Positions 26,691 to 40,198 of a DNA stretch of 64,000 nt are shown one piece after another. Source of the stretch: Camelus dromedarius. Taxonomy: Eukaryota. The stretch spans positions 102,612,001 through 102,676,000 of the forward strand of contig NC_087472.1 of NCBI RefSeq assembly GCF_036321535.1. The letters run 5' to 3'. The position numbers and the translations under genes were made by a program. How positions within the stretch are numbered: the stretch's first letter is position 1; the number at the start of each line of letters is the position of its first letter. Under the pieces are notes generated by a model. It did no database searches, was not told the DNA's origin, and was given only the letters and a program-made list of their open reading frames with translations.

Positions 26691-27450
26691 TGTGCTCATT
26701 ATCAATCTCTTGCCTCTAAGCTCCAGATCGACTCTTTGTCGCCCTTACTGTGGTACTGGAATATTGCCCCCTTGCCAGCTGGCAGAAAGTTAAGCTTCAT
26801 TGGTAGAGGTTGCTGGGGAGACCATGGGGGAGGAAGGGGTGTCTCTTCTTGGTTTCCCTGTACTTTACTTCTTCTTGTTCCTGTGGTATTGGGCTGGCAT
26901 GTGAGACACCCAGTGGAGCTTACCCCAGCAACTTTCAGTGGTACCCTGGCAGGCAGCTTCATGGTAAGTTTGGCAGGTGCCCCAGCTGTGCTGGGCTCAG
27001 GGACAGCCCCTGCCATGGATGCCCCAGCTGGTTTCCCCATGAGTCCAGTGGCACCTCCTGTGTGTGGCACCCTTGTGGCTTCCTGGGGAGTTCAGCCAGT
27101 GCCCTTGCCAGCTTCCTACAAATTCAGCAGCACCCCCAAGGGCAGCTTTCTGGTGAATTTAATGAGCACCCCAGTGGGCAGTTTTCTTCCCACCACCTTG
27201 CCCTGCTGGCCCCCATGGTGTTTCCATCTTGCCAGCTCTGACCCACAGCTCCTGGCTGTGGTCTTGGCTTGTTTCACAGACCACCTCTGGCCCAGGGCGA
27301 CCTGACCAACTTCTCTGCCACCCAGTGGGCGGCAGCCACACTGTCACCAGTCAGGATTGAATCCCAGCCTTGGGGAGTCCTCTTCCCACCCTGTTCCAAG
27401 TTTATTTCTTCCTTGGTATTCCCACTTAGTCCTAGGGTTTCCTCTCTCCC
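26691..27450 (-). mobile_element. ERVL-type LTR (MER74-like)
   Basis: tgtgctcattatcaatctcttgcctctaagctcc resembles the reverse of the MER74-type 3' end. Degenerate internal repeats of caccccagtgggcagct. Confidence 0.6.
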
Positions 27451-27469
27451 TTCCTGCCTTTCTCCTTCT

Positions 27470-28040
27470 TAAAATTTGAGATATAATTCACATACAATAA
27501 TATTCACCTTTTCAAAGTTGACAGTTCAGTGATTTTTAGTATATTCGCAAAGTTATGCAACTGTCACCACAGTTCAGTCCAATTTATTTCATCACCTCCG
27601 GAGAAACCCTATACCCATTAGCAATCACTCCCTCTTCCCCACCCCCATCCCCCCAGCTCCTGACGGCCATTAATCTACTTTTTGTCTCTATGGATTTGCC
27701 TTTTCTAGAAATGTCATACAAATATAGTCATAAGTATGTGGTCTTTGGTGTCAGGCTTCTTTCACTTAGCATAAATTTTCAAGGTTGATCTGTGTTATAG
27801 CATGTATCAGAATTTCATTCCTTTTTATGGCTGATTTCCGTTGGATGGAAATGCCACATTCTGTTTATTCATTCATCAGTTGATGGATGTTTGGGTTGTT
27901 TCCACTGTTTGGCTATTATGAACAATGCTGGAAAGAACATTAATGCGCAAGTTTTTGTGTGAACTTATGCTTTTACTTCTCTTGGGTATATACCTAGGAG
28001 TGGAATTGCTGGGTCATATGGTGACTATTTAACTTTGGAG
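27470..28040 (-). mobile_element. Old L1 (L1MB-like) 3' end
   Basis: Contains ttgagatataattcacatac...cctaggagtggaattgctgggtcatatggt. Confidence 0.88.
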
Positions 28041-29611
28041 TTGACCAATAGAGAGGGTATCAGGTGACTAACTGGCTTATTAAAATATTTTTCAGCCTTA
28101 TTTTAATTAGAAAGCAGCCTTCGTACATTTAAAACATAGTCTGAAACATTATCGTGAAATGCAAATAATGTGGGCTTTAGAGCCAATCTGGCTGGTGTCA
28201 AATCTCACCTCTACTACTTTCACCTGAGATGTGGGACACAGAAGAAACAGCAGGATGTTCCCTGCTCGGAAGTGATGGGCTGAGGTCAAATCTTTTCTCT
28301 ACCATCTTAGCTGAGAGGTGGGACATTCTCTAGGGGGAAGAACAGAATATGATCTTCCCTGCTCAGAGCTGGAATCAGAACAATTATTTTTTTGTGTGTG
28401 ACTTGATGTACTAAACTATTTTATGCTACATGTGAAAATGGGGTTTTCTGGTTAATTAACACTCTGGCTGAGAGAAATATACCACAGAGCCACCATTGAT
28501 ATAGACGGCTTTTGAAAAGAATTAGATCACAAAAAACACACACTTGACACTGAAAGTACAACAGCCCTTTGCAATCATTTGAAGTAGATTTCCAGAAATC
28601 AGCAATGATGTTGACTGTTACAGCCTGACAGACCAGGAAGCAGGGACCACCGCTGGGTAAATGAGATGTCAGTTCAGCTGAGGTGGAGCTGAGAGCCGGG
28701 TCTGAGACCAGGCGCATGTGTAGTTGGGTATCTCGAATATTTGTGACTTTAAGGTAATTGAAATGGGTTCATATATCTTCTTGTCAAAATATTCCTTAAT
28801 AAATTGTGTTTATTTGTGTGGGGGGCACACTGTACAGCCATTCATTACTTGTGATTCAGATCAAACTGATAGAATGTTACGAGCAGCTCTGAAGATCATT
28901 CAGCCTTTGTCAATTCTCAGCAGTTTTCTACCCTTCAATCAAAGGGCTTTCTAGTAGTGAAAGCATTTCATGTAGTAAATGCATTAAAATGTTTTCTCAG
29001 ATTTTACTCTTCTGGTTAATGATTCCATTTTCTTCACAGGCTTATTGACCAAAATGAGAGTGACTTTCATGCAAGAAGCATGATTACATACTTCATTTGT
29101 GAGGACTGGCAGCAGCCAGTCAGTGCTGCATCCTCTGAACTTGCAAGTTCTCAGGACCAGAGCAAGTCTGGGAGTGAGGCAGGTCCAGGCTTTGATGCAG
29201 TTTCTCCGGCTGTGGCAATTTCTAGGATGTATCAACATCTAGTGGAAAACAAGTCTCTAAGAAAGCCTGTATTAACTGTGCAGGGGATAGAGAAACATCA
29301 CTAATTCTAATTCACCTGGAGTGGAAGGGCACGTGTCATAATTACACACATAATCATCAAGCTCAGGCCACGCTACCAGCAGATTGTGCTGAATGATGTC
29401 AGAAATTCAGATTCGTGTGCAGTGTGGGAATGGTCTAGGGAAAGTTGGGTGGGGTGGAATTCTTACAAGTGTCTCCCTGCGTACTCTTCATGCCTAAAGT
29501 TTCAGTGAAACACATTTATTTTAGGGCACATTTCCTGTAGATCATTGATGATAAGCTTTATTTTTAAATTTTGTCTTATTCTTTTCTTGTAATTTTTCAT
29601 TCCTTCTTTTA

Positions 29612-29732
29612 CATCTTTGGTTTTTTGTTTTTGTTTTTTCCTCTTAAGAGAGACACTGGGGATTGAACCCTAATCTATGTGCCCACCAAACACGAGGGCT
29701 ACTGCTGAGCTATACTCCCCTTCCCCCCACCC
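29612..29732 (-). mobile_element. Diverged Vic-1-like SINE
   Basis: Contains ctggggattgaaccc...ctgagctatactcccc with a T-rich tail. Confidence 0.75.
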
Positions 29733-30521
29733 CCATCATAAACTTTAGAAACACCTGCAATGTGAGATTCAAAACGCCCAGGAGACCGTGGAACAGTAGG
29801 GATATCTGCCTCACAGATAGTGCTTGCTTAGTATAAACCATATGGTATGTACTAAATAGTAAATGCTATATATCAAATATGATGTGTCATTATAATTTTA
29901 GGTTTTAATAGCTGGCAAGTTCAGAGAATTGGGTAGGAAGCTGGGCTACACACAGTCTACTCAGAAAATATGTCAACATGTACAATGCATACTCATTCTG
30001 GTCAATAACCTCATGTTCATAACAATTATTAAATGCAATCATAGGCAATCTTAAAAGGATTTCCATGACATACATTCATACATCAGAATAAAATTTGTTA
30101 CTTCTAATTTTTAGAATTGGGATAGGTGATCTTGACAAAATATTGCCGGTTTTTCTTAAGTAATGACGGGAAGTGGTACAGGGTCCAGGAGAATAATAGG
30201 TGAGAAGGTCCAAATATTAAAAACAAACAATGATGCCTTGATTTTTCAAGAGTAAGCATAAATTCCTCAAACTATACACTGGTGAATTTGGTATTGATTT
30301 TAAGCTAGAGGCTTAAAGGGCAAAAGCTGCCATAGACCGTGTGTACGTGAACGAGTGTGGTTGTGGTCCAACTAAACTTTATTTAAAAAAATGGATGGAG
30401 AGCCTGATGGCTCTTAGAATGGACTTAAAAAAAAAGATGGTGAGCCCTTTAAAAGAGCTGTTTTGATCCTCAGGAGTTTGCATAAATGCAGTGGTCCTCA
30501 GCCCTGGCTACACACTTACAG

Positions 30522-30900
30522 GCTTGCTGTTTATCTGTTTTATGTATATTATTTTGTATCCCTAATTTACCCCTCCCCCACCCCTCCCCCTTCCTACCCC
30601 AACTCCGGCCAGTAACTATGAGTTTGTTTTCTATGTCTGAGTCTGTTTCTCTCTCTCTTTTTTTTTTTTTGGTGGGGAGGCTAATTAGGTTTTTAAATTT
30701 TAATGGAGGTACTAGGGATTGAACCCAGGACCTCATGCGTGCTAGGCATGCACTCTGCCACTGAACTATACCCTTCCCCGTTTCTCTTTTGTAAATAAGT
30801 TCATTTGTACCATTTTTTAGATTCCACATATAAGTGATGTCATAAGATAGTTGTCTTTGTCTATCTGACTGACTTATGATAATCTCTAGGTCCATCCATC
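30522..30900 (-). mobile_element. Artiodactyl L1 3' UTR fragment containing a SINE
   Basis: Contains ttgctgtttatctgtttt...tttttagattccacatataagtga...ctctaggtccatccat; interrupted at ~30657-30779. Confidence 0.8.
30657..30779 (-). mobile_element. Vic-1-like SINE inside L1
   Basis: SINE body and poly-T, flanked by gtttctct on both sides. Confidence 0.88.
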
Positions 30901-31196
30901 CCCTCACTCTCTTAATCTCACCATTCATTTCCAAGGTGACAATATCAGAAGTTCACAGTTGGCTCTGGAAATGCTGAGATTCTAAGCAGGAGACTCTAAG
31001 CAGGAGTGTGAATAAAGCTGTTGACGAATTGTCCCTCTCTTATATGACAAGGCCAGTAGAGGCAGAGGGGCTTGCCTTTTGCTTTGAGTTTCTGAGACTG
31101 CTTTCGTGTGTACGCCATCCCATACATTCTGCACAATGGGAAGTTGACAACCTAGTGTTTGGGGCCTTAAGAGTTTAAATTATGTGTCTTTGGAGT

Positions 31197-31350
31197 GTTT
31201 GTTTCTTTTGGGGGGAGAGGGAGGTAATTAGGTTTGTTTGTTTGTTTGTTTGTTTGTTTATTTTAATGGAGGTACTGGGTATTGAACCCAAGGCTTTGTG
31301 CATGCTAAGCAGTAAGCACTCACTCTGCCACTGAGCTCTACCCTTCCCCC
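31197..31350 (-). mobile_element. Vic-1-like SINE
   Basis: SINE body with (GTTT)n inside the tail; TSD tctttggagt. Confidence 0.9.
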
Positions 31351-33259
31351 ATCTTTGGAGTCTTGAAATCTCAGAGACCTGGCGGGCTGGCCAATGCATG
31401 GCACCAGAATAGGGTGTCCTGTTCTGTGTATGTGCACATGCGTATTCCTTTTAATTCTTTGTCATAGCCACACACTAGGGATAGGTCGAGATGATAGGAA
31501 AGCTGGGGAGGGGTGGTCCTATATTTTCCTTCACTGATCACAATGATACAGATACATACACACATGCATAGATACAAATATGTACATGTATGTATCTATC
31601 TGTACCTATATCTATTGTTTGCTCTGATAGGCACACCCCTATTTCAAATGCCTAGTACTGACCTCCTTAGAAGAAGAGAGCAGGAACATTTCACCACTTC
31701 GGGAGAATGGAGTTGAATTTGAGGGCTGGAGACCCGGGGGCAAACACGGAAGGCAGGCTCAGCTCCAGCGTAGAAATACCTGGAAGCTGTAAAAACTCAA
31801 TGTTGTGAAAAGAGAGTTACCATGTTAGGATTAAAATACAATGTTAGCTGAAAATGGCAGTTGTTTTTAATTGGCAGAGTGGAGTCGTCTCTGGTTTCCT
31901 GCTTCTTATGTCATCTATAGTACTGAGCTAAAGTAAGCCTGACTAACAGTTTCAGTTTTACCGTTTGAGGTCGTGTTTTTTCCTTGATCTTCACCCTGAA
32001 GCTTCCTGAAAATTCCTTCTGGGAGCTTGACCCCAAAGTCAGGAGTGGTTGGTATAAAAATCAATGTTAAGACATGGTCATTCAGCAACGTCTTTTCTGT
32101 TTTCAAAATTACTTGAGTAGAAGTGATTTAATAATGGATTCAGTGAAGTCAGAGGACAACAGGGCTTCTCTGCAGAATTACAGATCATATGGGTTGTTTT
32201 TTCTAGAAGCAAGAGAGTGTTGTAGGAAAGTTTTCTCTTGATTCTCTTGATACCAGAAAGATTCTACGTGCCTAGCTTACTGTAGAAATGTGGCTGGTTC
32301 CTCAAGGAGGCAGCATATGTGGCTGGGATGCCCTTTTTCTTGTGGGGGCAGGTGTCCTGGTCCTCTTGGGTGTGTCCCTGCCTCAGTCCTCTGCATGGTG
32401 CCTGGGTTCTCCAAAGTTGGCATCCTTTGCTCTTGCCAGCCTTCTCAAGAACCGGTGCGTGGACATGGCTTTTTAAGTCTGTCTACCTGATCTAGGTATG
32501 CCCCCTTTTCTACTGAGAAAGCAAGAGGTAGCCCCTTTAATACAGTGGCTCCCAACTCTGGCCACATAACTGATGTCCGGCCCACCCCCAGAGGTACTGA
32601 ATTAATTGGCCTGGAGGGAGCACTGGGGATTTGGGTGTGCAGCCAGGGTTGGAAACATCCCTTGAATCAGTTGTAATTGTGGTTCTACCCCTTTGAACAT
32701 TCACCTAAAGTTACGATAAACTTTGAAGAGAACTGGGTAGTGGGGAGTGTGTGAATAGATTGGGGCAACAGGGTTGGGAACATTTCAGTAGCAGTTACAA
32801 TGGTCCAACAATGGCAGTTTCAGAATAATTCCTTCCAAAGAGGGTTTAGAATCCCTTATGAACATTTGCATATTTCTGGGGATGATACAAGGAGTAAGCT
32901 CTTTCATTGTTAGGTTATGCTGGGCTTTGAAAAACATTAATGTATTGCCTTAAGTTTTGTCTCCTCTGGCTCTGAATTGTTGGAAGCTGGATCGAATTGG
33001 CATGTAGATGAGCAGGGCAGGATCACAAGCTATAAAATAGTACGGAAAAGGAATGAATCATGACAGATTGCCACTTTCACTCAAGCTCTGGGGAAATGCT
33101 TAGACATAAGAGGTACTGAGCCAATGTCTGTAGAAAACGTGGTTCATGATCATTTCCTTCAATTTTTAAAGTCCTGTTGACAGAGAGAAGCCAGTGATTT
33201 TTTTTAAGTAGTGGTATAACATGATGAAAACTGTGATTAAGGATTATTTTGATAATATG

Positions 33260-33357
33260 CTTTTTTTTTAAAAAATGGAGGTACTGAGGATTGAACCCAG
33301 GACCTCGTACAGGCTAAACATGTGCTCTACTGTTGAGCTATACCCTCCTCCCCCTAC
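33260..33357 (-). mobile_element. Vic-1-like SINE
   Basis: SINE body with TSD tttgataata. Confidence 0.9.
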
Positions 33358-33594
33358 TTTGATAATAATATATTGGAGAGATGGCAAGATGCGGGGAGAA
33401 CCCAAAGAAAACAGCTTAATACAAGTTATACCTGTAAGCTGAGAGAAGGGAAGGGTTGATGTGGCCAGAAAGTCTGAGAAGAAGGGGATGGAAATTGATC
33501 TGAGCCTGAAAAGATGCAAAGATTGAGAGGGGGATGAGGGAGTCATTCAATGGTGGGAGACATTTCTGAATTGTTATGTTAAGAAAGAAGTAAA

Positions 33595-33800
33595 TATGGT
33601 TACCCAGGGTGGGGGTGGGGGAGTGGTAAGGGATAAATTAGGAGTTTGGGATTAGCAGATGCAAACTACTATATATAAAATAGATAAACAAGAAGTTTCC
33701 TCTGTATAGCACAGGGAACTATATTCAATATCTTGTAGTAACCTATAATGGAAAAGAATCTGAAAACAAATATAAGTATATATATGTTATAAAAAAAAAA
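33595..33800 (+). mobile_element. Short artiodactyl L1 3' UTR insertion
   Basis: TSD aagaaagaagtaaa (33581-33594) / aaggaagaagtaaa (33801-33814), poly-A tail, TT/AAGA endonuclease-like site. Confidence 0.88.
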
Positions 33801-35562
33801 AAGGAAGAAGTAAAAAGAAATTAGCACCTGATTTCAGAATACGCCCTGCTGTCAACCTGATCTCAGCCCTCACCATTCACACTTGGGCAATGGCTATTAC
33901 TCCTACTGCCTCTCCTTCATAAAACCCACACTCCATGCCAGGGCATTGTGTACACTGTAGAACACACTTAAGTCTCTCAAAAACTCTCTATTAGTATCTC
34001 CTGCCAAGTCCCTCCTCTCAGCCATTCATTTCCCTGGCTTCAGTCCAGGCCCTACCAGCCACCCCACTTACTGCTCCAGGCTATTTCCCTTCCTCCATTC
34101 CTCTCCTTCTGCTGTCCCTGCATCCTTCTCCAGTCTTGTGTACTCCTACCCAACAGTTAGTATTCCTCAGACATGGAAAAGCCATTTTCCTGATGAGAAG
34201 GCACTCAGGGTGCCTCCAGCTCTTCACACCATCCCCACCGCCCAGCCTGTTGTTATGGAAAGAATGGAAGTTTTTTTTGTTTTGTTTTTTGTTTGTTTTT
34301 TTTTAATAAAAATGTTTTTTGTTGTGCTACTTAAACTTAAGATCTCACTGTTGGGTGGGGATACAAGACTGAAGACAGGAGCCAGGGCAGGGAGAAAATC
34401 TTCACATAAGTAGGGTGGGTAGTGGTGTCCAAGATGGAGGAAAAAGACCATGGAATCACACGGCTCAGAGAAGAGACGTGGGAAGAGGTATTTATAGGAA
34501 TCAAAAAATAATATTTTGAGGGGACACGTGTTGTGTGCTATGCAATGGATATTTCTTATTCTACTCCTCAGGAGACGATTAGTAAAATTTTCACTAATTC
34601 TTTGGTGCGAATGGATCCTTTATGGCATCTGCACAGATTTGCTCAGTCCTACTTGTGTTGAGAGAAGAGAGGCTGCGATCTGTGAGGGTGGACACAGGGA
34701 CTTTCTTGCCCTTCTGTTTCCTCTTGGCCCTGCATGGCGTGGGACACAGTCTAGATGCTCAGTAAATACTTCTGATTTGAGTGTATTTTCATTTTTACAA
34801 CTTTTCTTTGAGACCTGCAATTTTATCCCCGTTTTCCAGATTTAAAAAACGGGAGCCTGAAGTAGCACGCTATTATGCTTTCCAGATGCTTGCACACTGT
34901 AGGGGAGGCGTTTGAGGATTTATGCCAGATACTGTCTTCTACTTTGTTATATCAAAATGCACAGGTTCACATTTCAGCCACCTCGCCTTCACTTTTGTGT
35001 CACATTTTCACTTTTCAGCCCAAAGATGATATATTATGTTTGGGTGACAAAACAGAGGGCAATATTTGCCTCAAAGAAAGTAAACTTTAGTCTCTTTCTG
35101 TTGAACGGTTATCCCTTTTCCACTGTGGTTCAGTAGCAGGAGACTGATGCCTAAGAATGCAGTGGTAAATAAGAGGAGTGTAATTAACTTAAGCTTGGTT
35201 AAGGGCATGAGCCAGTGGGTGCTCAAGGAATTTTGAAATACTTGAACCTATGAAGAATTCTTTGACACTCTTATCAGTGTTTCCTGTACTAAATGGTGGG
35301 TGATGGTTCTCTTATCTCTCCATCAGCAAATATCCTTTTAAAAATCATGTAGAAAATGATTGAGAAATTTTTTACTTATTTGCTTGAAGCTGAGTTTCAC
35401 CAAGGTAGAAGTTAATATACTGTTCACCCTTCTCAGGATGGAAAAGGAAGAATTTACTGGGAGGTCTGAAGGCTGCCCTGAAGACAACCTATAACTGGGT
35501 TCGACTGTCAAAGAGTGGGAGAAGGTGGAGACTTCTGCCTAGCAGTTTAAAGAGGGGAGAAT

Positions 35563-36738
35563 TTTTTTTTTGTTTTTATAGTGGCTAACATTTGTAAGTC
35601 TCAAACTCCCAGATTTATCCCTTCCCACCCTCTTTCCCTGGTAACCATAAGATTGTTAACTATGTCTGTGAGTCTATTTCTGTTTTGTAGATGAGTTCAT
35701 AGTGTCCTTTTTTTTTTTTTTTTTTTTTAGATTCCACATATAAGTGATATTGTATGGTATTTTTCTTTTTCTTTCTCTTTCTGGCTTACCTCCCTTTAAA
35801 TGATGATCTCTAGGTCCACCCATATTGCTGCAAATGGCATTACTTTATTCTTTTTTATGGCTGATTAGTATTCCCCTGTATAAATATACCACAACTTTTA
35901 TTTTATGTATAATAGTTTGTGTTATTAAATAATTAGGATACTCCTAATTTATCCCTCCCCTATCCTTTTCTCCTTCGGTAACCATAGTTTGTTTTCTATA
36001 TCTGTGGGTCTATATCTGTTTTGTAAATAGATTCATTTGTATTTTTTAGATTACACATAGAAGTGATATATTTGTCTTTGTCTAACTTCCTTCACTTAGT
36101 ATGATAATCTCTACATCCATCCATGTTGCTGCAAATGGTATTATTTCATTCTTTTTTTGTGACTGAGTAATATTCCTGTATATATATATATATATATATA
36201 CAGACTTATACCTCATCATCTTTATCTATTCATCTATTGTTAGAAACTAAGATTGCTTCCATGTCTTGGCTATTATAAATGGTGCTGCTATGAACATTGA
36301 GGTGCATGTATCTTCTCAAATTAGAGTTTTCATCTTTTCTGGTTATAAGCCCAGGGGTGGGATTGCTGGATCACATGGTAACTATTTTTAGTTTTTAATG
36401 GAACCTCTGTACTGTTTCCCATAGTATTTGCACCAACTTACGTTCCTATCAGTAGTATAGGAGGGTTCTCTTGTCTCCACATGCTTTCTAGCATTTAGTA
36501 TTTATAGAATTTTTGATGATAGCCATTCTGACCAGTGTGAGGTGATGCCTCATTATGGTTTTGGTTTGCATTTCTCTAATAATTAGTGATGTTGAGCATC
36601 TTTTCATGTGCCTGTTAGCCATCTGTATGTCTTCTTTGAAGAAATGTCTATTTAGGTCTTCTCCCCATTTTTTGATTGGGTTGTTTGCTTTTTTGATATC
36701 AGGTTGTATGAGCTGTCTGTATATTTTGGAAATTAAGC
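35563..36738 (-). mobile_element. Two-part L1 3' insertion
   Basis: TSD aagaggggagaat at 35550-35562 and 36739-36751. Two overlapping 3' UTR segments are joined near 35896. Confidence 0.85.
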
Positions 36739-37178
36739 AAGAGGGGAGAATCTTGATCCTGGGTACTGTGGCTCCTCAGAATAAGGAAGAGCAACCAGGA
36801 TTGCACGTTCCACAACTGGAAGAGAGCAGAGCTTGTTGGAATTAGCGTTTTAGATGTGGGAGGACTGCAGAGAATGCCAGAATGCCCTGTAGATGGTGGA
36901 AATAATCTTGGTCAATAGGCACAGCTGCAGCTTGCCCAGATCGTTGATGCTCAACCAGTGACGGGGAACCATTGTTTACCGGCACTGGGGGCCTGAGAAG
37001 GGGCACTAAGAAACTGATACTTTATTTTCTGCCAGTACCAGTTCAGGTATGTGAGTGCTTAAGAGAGAGCCTTTGTTTTAGACAAAACCATGCCATTGTA
37101 CCTGTTTCCTGAGTGTCAATACCTGTTTTATTAATAACAATTTAATGGTAATGATAGCTACCATTTACTTAATGTCTA

Positions 37179-37580
37179 CTGTTATGGATTGAATGTTTGT
37201 GTCTCCCCAAAATTCATATGTTGAAGCCCTAACCCCCAAAGTGATGGTATTTAGTGATGGGGTCTTTGAGGGGTAATTAAGGTTAGATTAAGTAATGAAG
37301 GTGGGACCTTCATGATGGGATTAGTGGCTTTATAAGAAGAGGAAGAGAGAGCTGTCTCTCTCTCTCTCCCTCTTTGCACACATGCATTGAAGAAGGGCCA
37401 TTTGAGGATGTATTGAGGAGCTGACCATTTACAACTCAAGGATAGAGTTTCACCAGGAAATGAATCAGCCAGTACCTTGATCTTGGACATCCCAGTCTCC
37501 AGAACTGTGAGAAAATAAATTTCTATTATTTGAGCCACCTAGTCTATGGCATTTTGTTATGGCAGCTTGAGCTGACTGAG
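37179..37580 (+). mobile_element. MaLR LTR (MLT1A-like)
   Basis: Runs from tgttatggattgaatgtttgtgtctccccaaaattcatatgttgaagccctaa to ttttgttatggcagc. Confidence 0.9.
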
Positions 37581-39484
37581 TGAGCTTCCATATGCCAGGA
37601 ACTTTCCATATGTTGCAGCTTGTCCTCAAAACAGCTCTGCAAGTTAGCTGTTTCTACCTGGCAAAGCATACAGAGAAGTTAACCACCTTGCCCAAAGTCA
37701 CACAGCTAGCCTGTGGGAAAAATACATAAAGGGCTTAGTACAGGGTCTAGTCCAGAATATGCACGTAATAAAGAACCCTATGACTCAAAAGCTCATGTTT
37801 TTTCCATGTATATTCGGGCCACCCTTTTATCCCAGTAGGTGAGCTGTCTCCATCCTTTGCACCCCAAAGCTACTCCTTGATATAGATGATGACTCTGTTG
37901 TGACAGAAGGGAAGTTAATGGTGTTCAGCCAAAGGTGGTTCCTGGCTGGATGGAGAGCCCAGCCTCATGATTCCTTGAAGTTTTCTCTTCTGAAGTGAGA
38001 AGCTTTTGGCATAAGAACCAGTAGCAGTGGACTCCTAATCAGGAACCCAAAATGGAACTCTTGGTGAGAAACTCTTCCCACAAGGCCTCGTCCTGGGCAC
38101 GCTTTACTGCTTCTCCATAGCTTACCTGGAGAAGTCTAGGCAATCATAAGTAGCAGGCAGCTTAGAGGATACTAGAAGGTGAGGTGCTATAGGAAGCTGG
38201 GTTCACAATGCGAGGGGCTGGGGGCAGACTCCAGGCTCTTCTTTGGATGAGTCTAAACCTCAGACCTGGCCTTGCATCTGGAGAATGACAAGAGTAGAAG
38301 GCTTTTTGTTCCAAATCCTATTTGAGCCACACTGCCTACCCTGTGGGGTGTGGAAGGAGCGAGGTACCTTTCCCCTGACACGAGCCATATCTCCATAATG
38401 TGTCTGGGATTCCTGTTAGTCTCCATCTGCCCTGCAGGGGTTCTGGGGCCCAGAGGCAGGGGTGAGTAAAGCAGGAGGAAGAAGAGAGGAGATGGAAATG
38501 GAGGGCAGGAGGAGGAGGGTGTTCAGAAGCCTCACAACCCGGTAAGAGGTGGAGAAAGGGTTTCCAAGTAAAACACAGAGCAGCTGGCATCATGGAACCC
38601 CACTTCCTTCTCGTTCTCCCAGCATCACTCTTGAATGAGGAGCTCTGGGGAATGAGCGAGGAGGATGTTCCTGGTTACTAGCATAAAGGAGTCTAAGAAT
38701 AGGCAAAGAGTAAAGTCCAGGGTCAATAAAAAGCACCTTGACTATAGAATTCTTCTGTGAAAACTTCAGAAGTAAATTTCCTGGGTAAATTTTAGTTTAC
38801 CTTTCATGCTAGGGAAATGTCAGCTACTCTCTTCTAATTAGCATTGCTAAAATGCCACCATGAGATGGGCGACTAGAATCAAGGTTTTCATTTCCTTTGC
38901 TTTTGTACATGGAGCTACCATAGCAATCAGTGTCTGTGTAGCTTTATTCCCTTGGTTCTTGGTGTTCTCTCTGACGGGAAGAAGTTCTCTTCCTTGGAAC
39001 AAGTGTCATTTTGTGAAAACTGAATGCCTGTCATCTCTTCCTTGCAACTCATGTGCATTTTATCAAAGGGTTTGGATGGTTCACACAGAAGTCCCACAGT
39101 GCTGTTTTCCACAGGGAGCCATGTGTATTTCCTGAGGCCATTAGCTGGCTTACAAGAAAAACCTTTAAGCACGCCTCTTTTTTTTTTTTTTTGAGAAAAT
39201 TGTTCCCAGAATCTGTAGGATTGAGCATAGATAATAGAAAGAGGTAATAAGATCATGTTGCACGTAACCAAGCTCCCATTTAGATCTTGGCTTATCTGTC
39301 TAAGCTGGGAATCATGGGGTGTCCTGTGAACCATTCCTGAGATTTAAGTTGCACAGAGAGATTTAGCATTGTTGCCAACAGATTGATTTCTCTCAGAGGG
39401 AGTGATAGATCCAGCCATGAATCAACCCTGGGCAGGGTGGTGGGTGCATCCTTAGGATGAAGGAGGACTCACTCTAAACTAAGG

Positions 39485-39678
39485 CAGAGTTTCTCAAACA
39501 TTGCTATGACATTTTGAACTGGATAATTCTTTGCTATGGGGGTTGTCCTGGGCATTACAGGATGTTTAGCATCATCCCTGTCTTCTACCCACTATATGCC
39601 AGTGATGACAACCAAAAATGCCTAGATGCTGCTAAATGTCCTATGGGGGAAATACTGCCCCCTGTTGGAAAGTACTGA
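39485..39678. mobile_element. MER20 hAT transposon
   Basis: Contains cagagtttctcaa...ggataattctttg...caggatgtttagcatcatccctg...actg. Confidence 0.82.
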
Positions 39679-40198
39679 TCTCAAGCATAGACAAATGTTT
39701 CTTCTGGTGCCCTTGTAGAAGGCTTTGAACACTTTTCTTCAAAGAGCTGCAGAACTTTAGGGGGCCACTAGAGGGTAAGCAGGGATGCCAATTGGAGCAG
39801 CTTGAGAGAGGTGTCCCTGAGGGACCCCACAGAAACTGTGGGAAGAGGGAAGATCTCTTGGGAGGCTTGATGGACCACTGATAAGAGCAAGGCCTGGGAT
39901 TCTAAGAGCTTTAGGGAAGCAGCCCCCAGTAAGAACACGCCCCTCTCCCCAAGGGCTGAGAGGATCCTGTGTTGGGAGGTGCCTGTCAAGTGGTAGGCTC
40001 CATCACCCAGGTGAGGTGTTCCTCTGTGAGGAGGTATCAATCAGCCTCTTCCATCTGCTTGATGTGGCAACCTTCGTGTAGAGAGGGAAGGGATTGTTGG
40101 TCTTATTTTGATTTTTTCATGAAGGGGAGACAGCATTCAGTTCAATAAGCATTAATTTGTGCTTACTCTTTACTAGGTTGTGTGATTGGTTATGGAGA

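Noticed and set aside
26702..27347. Overlapping long ORFs up to 189 aa on both strands
   Set aside because: They lie in a GC-rich, internally repetitive LTR-like element, mostly start at non-ATG codons, and resemble no protein I know.
30977..31006. 14-bp tandem duplication gagaYtctaagcag
   Set aside because: Ordinary replication slippage with no further structure.
13272..33357. Multiple tRNA-like sequences with A/B boxes
   Set aside because: They have poly-A tails and TSDs, so they are tRNA-derived SINEs rather than tRNA genes.
39763..39778. Second CTCF-like motif GGCCACTAGAGGGTAA
   Set aside because: It lacks the conserved C of the GGC end of the core, so it is too weak to call.
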